Part shown: in pieces, positions 33,750-44,700 of the stretch
Layout: each line of letters starts with the position of its first letter
Position numbering within the stretch: position 1 is the first letter of the stretch
Source of the DNA: Emiliania huxleyi CCMP1516
Lineage: Eukaryota
Assembly: GCF_000372725.1 (NCBI RefSeq)
Contig: NW_005201154.1
Location: 271,904 to 335,903 of the forward strand
Length of the DNA: 64,000 nucleotides
Direction: 5' to 3'
The notes under the pieces: model-generated
Database searches by the model: none
The model's input: the letters and a program-made list of their open reading frames with translations, nothing else
What the model was told of the DNA's origin: nothing
Made by a program: the position numbers and the translations under genes

Positions 33750-36330
33750 TTACCGGCGGCCGGTGTGGAAGAAGTGAAGCACCAGGGCGAAGCAGGCTTG
33801 GAAGAAGAGGCCAAAGCCAATGAGGGCGCCGAGGTCGCGACCGACGTCCACCTTGTCGAAGGAGTAGAACTTGAGCAGCTCGTGCCCGGAGGCAAAGGGC
33901 GCGCTGTCGTCGAACTCCTTGATCGGCTCGAACTCGTTGTACATGAAGACGCGGTACGAGTACGAGTGGAAGCCGATGTGGTACACCCAAATGAACCAGG
34001 GCGGGATGTCGTCCTTGACCTAGCAGGAGTCGATAGCAACCCCAGTTCCAAAGATCGCCCCCCCCCACACACACACACGCCCGAGCGACTAGCACAAGCG
34101 ACGTGACCTTGAAGGCGCCCTCGCACAGCATGAAGAAGCCATAGACGCCCGCGCCGAGAGCGATGCCGATGATGTAATGCGGCACCAGCGCGCCTATGTG
34201 TGTTGGTGCCGAGGTAACAGGCAGCACCGCCCGGCGTCAACAGAGCAGGCAAACAGAAGCCGCGCGCCAACGAGGCACATGAACCCCTCGGCGGCGACGA
34301 GCGAGCAGAAGAGCGCGGCGAAGAAGGTGCCGAAGCCGTTCAAGCCGGCCAGCGGCACCACGCACGCCGTCGACAGGATCGAGATGAGGGCGAGGCCGGG
34401 CAGCGAGCAGAGGAAGTTGGCCGAGACCCAAGAGACGACGCCGTAGGCGCCGTTGGATCGCTCGCGAAGGAACGAGGAGCGCTCCATCATGAAGAAGGGG
34501 AGGACGGCGACCGACATGAAGACGAGAAAGGCGGCGATGTAGAAGAGCATCGAGGTGCGCGAGTTGATGGACGAGTAGTCGTACTCGTCGCCTAATCTCG
34601 GGGTCGTCTCGGGTCGTCTCGAGTCATCTCGAGTTGAGACGGCGCGCAGTCGTGCTCGTCGCCGAGGCCGATGTACATCAGGCCGATCATCAAGCAGAGC
34701 ATGACGTACATGACGAGCCGCACCCAGTAGATGCCTATTGCACGAAATCAGTACGAGTGAACGGAAAGTCGATGAGTGACGACGAGTCGCGCCCGGCAGT
34801 GCCCGGATTCTTGGCGTTGTTGAGGCTGAAGCGGTGGCAGAGCGTCAAGAAGGAGCTGAGCGGGGACACCTGTTAGCACTCACTTGACGAGTCATGACCG
34901 CTAATGACGCCACGAAGGAGCTGAGCGAGGGCACCTTCGAGCTGCCGGCCGGCGCCTTCTTGCTGCCTGCCATCGCCTCGGCGACCTATTCACAGCTTGA
35001 GGTGTGAAGAGGCGCTGTTCACAGTCTTGCTGCTTGCCATCGCCTCGGCGACCTTCGCGACGACCGTGGCGCGCTCTGCGCTGTCGCCGTACTTGAGCAC
35101 GAGCGCCGCGTCGTAGCGCTCGGGGAAGTCCGAGTTGACCTGTTCACAGCTCGAGGTGTGAAGAGACGCTCTTCACAGTCTGAAGTTCACGGGGAAGTCC
35201 GAGTTGACCAGCTGGAGCATGAAGTCGGCCGGGTTGTACATCGGCGGACACGCGTGGCCGTGAGCGGCAAGGTAGGAGGGGATCTCGGCGGCCTTGCCGT
35301 AGAAGACGGTGTGGCCGCCTGCGGGAAGGTTCCGAGAAGGCTCCCCGCGAGTCTCCGTGTGAAGATGCCTTGCCACAGAGCGTGGCCGCCTAATCACACA
35401 ATTCAAGCCGCTCCGTCATTGATTGGCGGTCTCTCCTCGCCGCCGAAGGGCGGTGTGGCCGCCCGAGAGCAGCAGGACGTTGTCAAAGAGGGCCCAGAGC
35501 TCGCTGCTCGGCTGGTGGATGGTGAGCGCAATGGCGTGCCCGGCGCGCGCCATCGCCTTGAGCCGCTGCATCACGCCAAAGGCGGAGGCCGAGTCGAGGC
35601 CTGACGTGGGCTCGTCGAGGAGGAGGATGGCGGGCCGCTTGACCAGCTCCACCGCCAGCGAGAGGCGGCGCCTGTGGGACGTCTCGGAAGTGTCGTGGAC
35701 GTGTCCTGGACATGACCAGCTCCACCAGCGAGCCACGGCGCCGCTGCCCCCCGCTCAGTCCCTTGCGGAAGATGTCGCCGACGATGGTGTCGCGGCACGA
35801 CTCGAGGCCGACGAGCCTCAGCGTCTCCTCCTCGAGTGCGCGCGTCTCCTCGGCGCTGGCGCCGTAGCCTGCGCAATGGGGGTGGTGGTGAGCTCTGGAT
35901 GAGCGTGGCGACAGGGACGCGGCATTTGAGCTGGGAGCGCGCCGTGGTAGAAGCGGACGGCGAATCGCAGCGACTCTGCAACGGTGAATACGCCGAGGAG
36001 CGAGTCCTCTTGACCAACGTAAGAGAGCACGCGGCTGCGCTGTGCGAACGAGACTTGCGTGTGGCCGTTGAAGGAGACGGTGCCGCTGAGCTTGTGCGAT
36101 CTGGTCCGGCCAGACACCGCATCGAGCAGAGTAGTCTTGCCACAACCCGAGGGTCCCATCACGGCGAGCATGTCGCCCGAGCTGAGCATGCCGTCTGTCG
36201 GCTGGAGCACGGTCTTGCCCTTTACCGTCACGCTGAGGCTGGACCACTCGACGCTGGTGGCACTCGCGATCGTGCTGCTGGTGCGTTCGAGCGGGCGAAC
36301 GCCGGCCTCGGGGTCCATTTCCATCGCCAT
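33750..36330 (-). CDS. ABCG (White-family) half transporter, many introns
   Basis: Walker [18 protein letters not shown], signature LSGGQRRR, Walker [28 protein letters not shown]2 membrane domain with [14 protein letters not shown]. Confidence 0.93.
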
Positions 36331-36607
36331 GAGCCGTCCTGCACCTTGGGGTTGGTCAGGAGAGAGACGCCGCCCTACCTTGTCTTTGGTCAGCAGAGAG
36401 TCGCTGCGAAAGCAAGCAGATGTCACGGCGCTGCGTTTCTTTTTTGATGTGGTTTGGGTTCTCCTCCTCTGGTCGCTTCCGAGGATTCTTGCCACCGGGT
36501 TGGGCTACAAAGAGCCGCCGCGAAAGCAAGCAGATGTGTCCAGACGCGTTTCTTTTTATGCGCGTTGCATAACACGTGCCTCCAACCTGTTCGTACTCTT
36601 AGGTCCA

Positions 36608-36662
36608 TAAATAAATAAATAAAACGGGCACGCCAAACGAGGGTGGGAGAAGGACAGGGTCC
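36608..36662 (-). mobile_element. Non-LTR retrotransposon 3' end (same subfamily as 4739-4797)
   Basis: Reverse complement reads ggaccctgtccttctcccaccc..gtttgg.gtg.ccgttt(tatt)n. 5' boundary and TSD not identified. Confidence 0.7.
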
Positions 36663-36727
36663 CCACCTGCACGAGCAGGATCTTGTAAGGACGATCAGGG
36701 ACACAGGGGAACAAAACAAATCTCTCT

Positions 36728-36779
36728 CTTGAGCACTTGAGCACTGGATAGGGCCGATTCCGCGTGGTACGGGACCCCT
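36728..36779 (+). repeat. 52 bp dispersed repeat, copy at 54729-54780
   Basis: Three mismatches by hand count. Confidence 0.9.
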
Positions 36780-37249
36780 CGATCGTCTCGCCCTCCCTCA
36801 CTGGTGTGTTCATTGGGGGGGGTCATAACAAACACGGTACAGGATCGAGGTGCACGCCGCCGAAGCAGTGTCGTCCCCCCTCTCCCCGACGGCGATGGCG
36901 GTGTGACCGATCGAGCTACAAGAGGAGCTTGTTCAGCAGGATCCGGGGTAGTCAGATGCACTACCTCACTGGGCCTGAGATCATCGTACGACGCCTCCCA
37001 TCACCGTCTCGGGTTTGTGTGGAGTCGAACCACTCCGGGGTGGGCAGGCCCACCAATTTTCGTTTCGTATCTTCCCTGCACCTGCAGGAGAGGGCGAGAG
37101 AGGGATGAGTGGAGCTGGGACGGAGGGGAGAGGAGGAAAGGAGGGGGGGGGGGGCTCAGCCGTGCAAAAAGCATCAATTAACAATAGTAAGGAAGACATA
37201 TTGCCCGGCCGTTCATGAAGTCCGTCTCGATTTTGGTTTTTTCCCCACA

Positions 37250-37380
37250 GACCACTCGGGCAACTTTTACGAGAGGCAAAGCTTTACTTGACCACTCGAC
37301 CACTCGGGCAACTTTTACGAAAGGCAAAGTTTTACTTGACCACTCGGGCAGATTCGATTGCATTTTACCACTCGGGCAAA
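37250..37380 (+). repeat. Iterated ACCACTCGGGCA motif array
   Basis: Motif at 37251, 37299, 37339 and 37367. The first two spacers are nearly identical. Confidence 0.85.
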
Positions 37381-37978
37381 CTCGATGAAACGGACGGAAA
37401 AGCGCGTTTGCGACGGCTCGCCGGAGAGCATGCATGGAGCGGCCGGTGCGCCGCCGCAGCGCACCGATGGAGCCTGCGTCGCGGTTCAATCCACTGACGC
37501 CGCAGCACCGCGACACATTCTCCAAGCACGGCCTCTGGCATTGTGATTGCACAGAGAGCGAGCAATAGGCGCCAAAAGCACAGATCTGTGTGCAGTGGCT
37601 CTCCATGTCGGTCGCGCCCAGCGAGAGGACAACCACGGGCCTCGGATGCTCGCCCGGACGCGAGCCCACCGTGCGAGTTGCGGACCCGGAGGCGGCCGGC
37701 CCAGCTCACCCCCAGAGAGGCATGCCCAGGGTCAGGCAAAAAAGGGGGGGTGTTTTCCGTCCGTCCAATCTAGCTCATCTCTCTCTCACAGGGGAACGGG
37801 AGCGGGTGGGAGCGCATCGCGACACGGAGGGGGGCTGGGCAGGGTTCACCCACACGACAGGGTCCCAGGGATTCCCCTCTCGTATAGGACAGGTTGCACC
37901 CGGCCACGGGGGCAGGCGCGGGCCTCCTACTGGGTAGGTCCTCAGCAATGTAGGGGCAGGCGTTTTTCTTTTCTCGCG

Positions 37979-39388
37979 ATGTCCACCCCGCCGCGCCGCC
38001 GCTCGCGCCGCCTCGCCTCCGCCGCCACCGCCGCTCCCTCGCCACGCACGCCGCCGCCCGCCCGCCTCCTCGACCTCCCCAGGGAGCTCCTCGAGCGCGC
38101 CCTCTCTCGCTGCGACCCCGCCGACATCGCTCGCGCCGCGGCCGTCTCGCTCCTCTTTCACTCGCTCGCGGAGCAGGGCATCCGCTTGTGGGCGCAAGAG
38201 CGCGGCTTCGAGCTGCCGGCGCAGCCAGAGAGTGAGAGCTGCGCTGTGCGGTGGCTGTGCTATTCGGCGCTGCTGTGCGAGTCCAACCCGCCTGCGAGGG
38301 CGGCAGCAGGAAAGCAGCACAGCGTCTTCATTGACGGCGAGGGGCGGCTCTCATTGTGCGGCAGTGAGGCAGGCTTTCCAGGGCTACTCGGTCACGGCGA
38401 GGGCGTGACGCGGCTCAACAAGCCGACCCGCCTCCCATCGCTGGGTGAGCGTGTCGTGAGCGTGTCGGCTGGTGTCGGCCATAGCCTCGCCCTGACCGCC
38501 GACGGCGCTGTCTGGAGCTGGGGCCATGGAGCCTGGGGCCAGCTGGGCCACGGTGACGCGCAGGAGCAGTGGCAGCCCAAGAAGCTCGAGGCCTTTGCTG
38601 GACAGCGCGTCGTCGCTTTGTCGGCTGGAGTTGGCCACAGCCTCGCCATCACCGCCGACGGGGCTGTCTGGAGCTGGGGCGTTGGAGACTTTGGCAACTT
38701 GGGCCACGGCGACGAGCAGCGGCAGCTGCTGCCAACGAAGGTCGAGTTCTTGGCGGGGCGGTCCGTCGTTGCCGTGTCTGCTGGATCCCGCCACAGCCTC
38801 GCCCTCACCGCCGACGGCGCCGTCTGGAGCTGGGGCTGGGGATGGGAAGGCAAGCTGGGCCACGGCGACGAGCAGGACCAGCTGCTGCCCAAGAAGGTCG
38901 AGGCCTTGACTGACCAGCGCGTCATCACCGTGGCGGCTGGAGGGGCTCACAGCCTCGCCATCACTGCCGACGGCAGCGTCTGGAGCTGGGGCAGTGGAGC
39001 CTTCGGCCAGTTGGGCCACGGCGACCGGTAGAGCCAGCCGCTGCCCGAGAAGGTCGAGGCCTTGGCTGGCCAGCGCGTCGTCGCTGTGTCGGCTGGAATT
39101 GCCCACAGCCTCGCCATCACCGCCGACGAGGCCGTCTGGAGCTGGGGCGGTGGAGGCTTAGGCAAGCTGGGCCACGGCGACACGCAGTACCAGCCGCTGC
39201 CCAAGAAGGTCGAGGGCTTTCCTGGCCATCACATCGTCGCTGTCTCGGCGGGAGTCTACCACAGCCTCGCCCTCACCGCCGACGGCGCTGTCTGGAGCTG
39301 GGGCGGTGGAGCCTCCGGCAGTCTGGGCCACGGCGAGGACCTGTCGAACCAGCTGCTGCCCAAGAAGGTCGAGGAGCAGGGAGGGTGA
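37979..39388 (+). pseudogene. F-box + RCC1-repeat gene with one in-frame TAG (39029-39031)
   Basis: RLLDLPRELLERALSRCD (F-box-like) followed by RCC1 repeats. ORFs 37547..39031 and 39062..39388 share a frame. Confidence 0.82.
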
Positions 39389-40022
39389 GCGCGAAGGCCC
39401 AAGGTATGAGTTCTGACGTGTTATGAGTCGTCTCGGTCCTTTTGATCAACAAAACACGGTCGGGAGAATAGGGAGAGGGGTGTTGTGTTCTCTAAGCCCC
39501 TAAAAAGGCCCTATAGACGCGTGGCCGTGGGCGTGTGAGCTGTTGAGGCTTTGAGCGAGCTCGGAAGCGAGCATAAGTATTACTCTAGCTGGAGCTTTGC
39601 ATATGTCGATTGAGCCATCTCGAGGATGGGGCGCGCGGGTTCACCCCCTGTAGACCACCCAGCTGGTCGTGACTTCCCACGAATAGCCAGCTCCACGGCC
39701 AATGTTTACCGCCATATCGAGAGCAAGGCCGGGCCTACTTGATATGAGATCAGCAAACTTATGTTTTGCAGCGAAGGAAGGAGAACGACATAGGCAGAGC
39801 GACAGGGAGAGAGAAGAGAGAGAGAACGTACGTACAGGAACGCCTGGGATTGGAGGATCCGCAGCGGATCCCAATCGATCGCAACGAGTTTCTGCCTTGC
39901 GGCTGCGACGTGCGTGCTTGCGTCCCAGAGTGCCCTCGCGCAGAACCAACGCATCTCCCACAACGCATCAGCACGTGCTCGAGTCCCTACGAATATCGAG
40001 TCGGTCGCCCATTTGCCGCGGC

Positions 40023-41266
40023 ATGGAAACCCTCACAAAGGAGAACGGCGCGGCTGGCGCTCGGAAGAGCTTGAGGGCGTGCAGGCGCACCTCAGTCATC
40101 ATCGAACCTCACGCAGCACCGAATCGGCCCCTCGGGCTGGCCATTGGAGTCGGAGGAATGCTCTTGGGGACGCCAGATGCTATGGCACTTCGCTTTCAGG
40201 AGCAATACGGTGGCACCGATGAGACCATTGGGTTCTGGCGCTTCATCGTGTCTGCCGCTCTCACACTCGTTTTTGGTATCGTGACAGCTGGCGGAGTATC
40301 GAAGCTATTCTCCACCCTTGCTTCATCAGCTTGCGGTCTGGCGGTTGCCTCTGCGCTAGGCATCTGCACCCAGTCTGGCTTCTACTACTCGCTAATGCTT
40401 CTCGACCCAGCCAAGGCATTCCTCTTCATCTCGCTCTCCCCTGTCTGGGCTGCCATTCAGGGCAAGCTGCTCTTGGACGACGACCTACCCCAACGAACCG
40501 TCGTGACCATGATTGTCGCCCTGATTTCCGTCCTCGTCGCGATGGTACCGGACCTCTTGAGGCTTTTCGAGCATGGCTGGGAGGCTGCAGACGGCTCGGA
40601 GCGAGTACTGTTGCTGATCCCCTTCATGACGGGATTTGCGATGGCCACGCTCACATCATGGGCGCGCTACTGCGGGACAAGATGGCCCGAGACCGACCTA
40701 ACCACAACCGGATTCTTCGCATCCCTCGGCAGCTGCGCCCTCTTCTACGCTTCCCTTCACCGCCGCGATGGGCCCGAAATCGACTTGACAGGCGGGCTTC
40801 AGCTTGGCTTTTGGGGATGGCTCATCCTCAGCAAGGCTGGGACCACCGCGTTCGATGTCTCTATGTTTCACGCCGCACGACACCTCAAGGGGGCTGAGGT
40901 ATGGGCTGCTAGGACGAAAGCATCGCGGCGCCGGCCACCCCGATTTCTCTCGCTCCTGATAGGTTGAGCTGATTATGCTCGGCGAGGTGCGAGAACCGCG
41001 TTTGAGGCCGAGTCAAGCCCCTGCCCACTCCCTACGCTCTAAGAAACCCTCAACACCGCAGGCAGCCTTTTCGCCGCTGTGGGTCTTCTTGGCGTTCGGG
41101 GAGACGCCTACAGCTTGGACGCTTGCCGCCCTGGGGCTGTTGTTACTAGCTCTCGCTGGTCACGAGGTGTGTTACGCGCCCGTCTGCGCGCGGGTTGGGG
41201 TGGTGCGTGACGGAGGCTGAACGCCCTGCGCTGTAGGTTGCGGGAATGCACGCTCAACAGGCATGA
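40023..41266 (+). CDS. EamA/DMT-family membrane transporter
   Basis: Multiple TM helices; FISLSPVWAAIQGKLLL; HLKGAE|VELIMLGE|AAFSPLWVFLAFGETP. GT-AG introns near 40900, 40988 and 41167. Confidence 0.82.
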
Positions 41267-41460
41267 ACGAAAGGTGCGAGACGGATTGGAGCCCATTCCT
41301 CTGGAGCGTGCAGTGGGTGGGAGACCGCCACTTCAAGAGGCTTCCGCTGGGACCACGTTGCTCGTTGGCCGATCCGTGTGTTTTCAGCCTGGGGCTGGGC
41401 CTTGCGCGTCTCGAGAGAAGAAACACGAAAGTCGAAGACGTCGGCGAGCAGGAGAGCAGA

Positions 41461-41594
41461 TCCCCCATCGGGAGGACGACCCCGGCTAGTCGCCGACCAC
41501 ACCCACAAAGAACCCTGCACAAAGATCGCAAGGGCGGGGACCTGTTCCTTTTTACCCATCTCCTAGTAGAGGTGTCCGTTTTATTTATTTATTT
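41461..41594 (+). mobile_element. 5'-truncated LINE copy, 11 bp TSD
   Basis: Same 3' end as the 29803 and 54858 copies; aggagagcaga at 41450-41460 and 41595-41605. Confidence 0.88.
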
Positions 41595-41791
41595 AGGAGA
41601 GCAGAGCATGCCGGCCGCGAGGCGCGAGCGCCGCGCCGGCTTCATTCTCACCTCAAGAATATTTGCACTTTATGCTTCATTTTTATGCAAGCACCCATGA
41701 TTTAAGTTGAGAAAAAAAAGAACGCGCGCTGGCCGCTGCGGCCTGCGCGGGCACCAGCGACGGCAGCTGCCGCCGGACGGTACGCGCTCTC

Positions 41792-44700
41792 TCAGCACAC
41801 CCACCAGCGGCCGCCGCCCGACGGCGCCTCCTCCGGCGGCATGGCCGCCGAACAGACCACCGCGCGCTGCCCCGTCGCCCCTCCGCCGCTGGCGCTGCGG
41901 CCCACACGCACGCGCGCGGGCACAGCCCGCATGTCGGCCGCCCTGCCGCGCACGCCCCCAGACGGCGAGCCGGCGTCGACGGTCACCGGCGGCGTGGAGA
42001 GGAGGTGTGCGTGGTCCGCCCAGACGTGGAGCCCCGCCCCGAGCCCGTACCGAGAGCCGTCGGCGTCCCAGACCTAGCGAAGCCACAGCCGGGAGCCAGC
42101 CGAGAGTCAGCCCCGTGGCAGAGCAGCGTGCCTTCTCGAGCGCTCGTTGAGAGACAGGGGGGGGAGATGGCTGTTGTGCATCGTGTTTTGCATCGCGATG
42201 CAGCATCTGCGCTCTCGCGTACCACGTCGAGCGCGAAGCCCTTGACACGAGCGCCCGTGACGGCCCAGTGGCGCAGCGTCGTGAGCGGACGCACCTCGAA
42301 TGAATTCGTAGAGGCTTATGGTTGGTGACTCCACTCGCCCCCCCCCCCCCGTGGCTGCCCGGTGGCGCGACGTCGTGGGCGGAGGCACCTCGACGAACTC
42401 GGCCCCTGCGCGGAGGCCCGCGACGCCTCCGAGCACGAGGTCGGTGAAGGAGGAGTGGAAGTAGTGGTCGCCTGCTCACCAGTCGACCAGCCGGGAGTCA
42501 CTAGCCAGAGCGGTCGGCCAAGGAGGAGTGGAAGTGGCGGTCGCCACGCTCGGGTCATCTCGGGCCATCTCGGCTCATCTCGGCTCATCTCGGCTCATCT
42601 CGGAAGTAGCGGTCGCCACGCTTCGCGAGCCAGTCGCGCCCGTTGGAGGCTCCAAGCCCGCCCGCGCCCGCCCAAGGCCGCACGCCGTGCAGCTTGCGCC
42701 TCGTGATCCAGTAGCCGTCGTCGGGAGATATGCGGAGATATGGGGAGATGTGCAGCTTGCGCCTCGTGATCCAGTAGCCGTCGTCGGGAGATATGGGGAG
42801 ATATGGGGAGATGTGCAGCTTGCGCCTCGTGATCCAGTAGCCGCCGTCGGGAGATAGGGGGAGATATGGGGAGATATGGGGAGATATGCAGCTTGCGCCT
42901 CGTGATTCAGTAGCCGCCGTCGGGAGATAGGGGGAGATATGGGGAGATATGGGGAGATATGCAGCTTGCGCCTCGTGATTCAGTAGCCGCCGTCGGGAGA
43001 TAGGGGGAGATATGGGGAGATATGGGGAGATATGCAGCTTGCGCCTCGTGATCCAGTAGCCGTCCTCGGGGTGCAAGTCCTCGTCCACGTGCGGAGGCGC
43101 CCTCCCCTCGGCACGCGCGCGGGTGTGCGCGCGTGCGTAGGTCAGCATCAGCGCCTCCCATGCGGCGATGCCGGCGTGGGGCTGCGGCGGGTGAGTCTGC
43201 AGCAGCTCCGCGAGCGCGGTGGCGGCCTTGGACACCTCAAACGGCCACACGGGGCCGTTCCAGTTGCACTGTGCGGCGTTGGAGAAGTTGTAGCATTGCG
43301 AGCGCCGCTCGGTCGTCCTCGGACCCCACGGGGAGGCGAAGCCCTTCGCGTCGTGCAGCTGCGCCCTGAGGAGGAGGAAGAATCACACGGTCAACCAGCT
43401 AGCGATGGAGGAGGCCCTTCGGGTCCTGCAGCTGCGACCAGGCGGTGGCGAACTTGCGCGACCGGCCGGCTGGGGCGGCGGGGACCGCGCCGAAGTACCA
43501 CGGCGAAGTGAGTGCCGACAGCTCGCGGACCGGGACCAGCTTGCCGACCTGGGGTAGTCGTGAATGGTGTGAGTCGACAAGGGGCCTCCGGCTCGCGGGC
43601 AGGGGACAGAGCTTTGCCGACCGGCCACCCTCGCTCCGGCGGGCAGGCGCGTCCCCGCGGGCAGGCGAGGCAGCCTATTCACAGCTCTTCTGCTCACACC
43701 TCTCCTGTTCACAGCTCCTCGCGGGCAGGCGAGGCAGCCGAAGTAGGTCTGCACGGACTGGCTGTTGCCCTTGGTCGGCGAGTCTTTCCTGCCGCCACGG
43801 CCAAGTGCGTGAACGGCGTCTCTTCACAGCCGCTGCCCCCTCGGCCGGCGACCCCTTCCTGCGGTACCACGTGATCTCGGCGTGCAGCGATTTGGGCGGC
43901 GGCTGCGCGAGGGTGGTGAAGAAGGAGAGGTCCTATTCCGATTCCATTCTCGTTATGATTCGGGCGGGGCGGTTGCGCGAGGGTGTTTGACAAGGGGAGG
44001 TCCTCCGACCATAGCCGCTCCAGCACCACCCCCCTCCACCTCGCGGCCTCCTCCTCAAACTGCGCCGACAGCGTTGCGTTGCCCGCGGCGGCGGCGGCGG
44101 CGGCGATGGCCGTCGCTTCGGCGAACATGACAGCGTTGATGGTGGGGCGACAACCTACCATTACGCCTCATTTCTCGGTCGCGTCTGGCTCCATCGCTAC
44201 TGACCGCGTCGACGGTGGGGGCGGCACGCCGTCGAGCGTCGCCGAGTTCTCTTGCCCGTCGGCGTGGCAGCTCTGGAACATGCAGCGCGCGCCTGGGGGG
44301 GTGGGGTGGGGGGGGGTGGGGGGGGGGGGGGCAGGCTCGGCCAGCCTCGGGCTCGGGCGATCTCGCAGGTCTGGAGTGTGCGGCGCGCGCCCGTGTGGTA
44401 GTGGGTGCGCACCCAGTCGCGGTAGTTTGCCTCGAGTGCGGGCAGCAGCTCGTGCGCTAGCGAGCCGGCCGCCCCTGAGTCACGGTGGCGAGCTCATCAC
44501 GCTTGATTGCGTCTTTTTCTTTTTTTCTAGCCTCGAGCCGGGCGGACCAGGCCGCGCATCGACGAGCAGCGAGTGCCTCCACACCGAGTGGGCGGGCCTA
44601 GAGGGGCGGAGGCCGAACACTCTGTGGTTTCGTCAGTCGTCACGAGCGACTTACCTGCAGGGGTGAGCCAGCCAAAAGGTGTACTGCTTCCTCCAGCCGG

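Noticed and set aside
37250..37380. Repeat-spacer pattern resembling CRISPR
   Set aside because: The repeat is only 12 bp, the spacers duplicate each other, there are no cas genes, and the context is eukaryotic.
39029..39031. TAG as pyrrolysine or other recoding
   Set aside because: There is no supporting machinery, and the paralogs are also decaying.
42688..43062. Six ~30 nt direct repeats resembling a CRISPR array
   Set aside because: The repeats are exon sequence and the spacers are the same 10-mer satellite.
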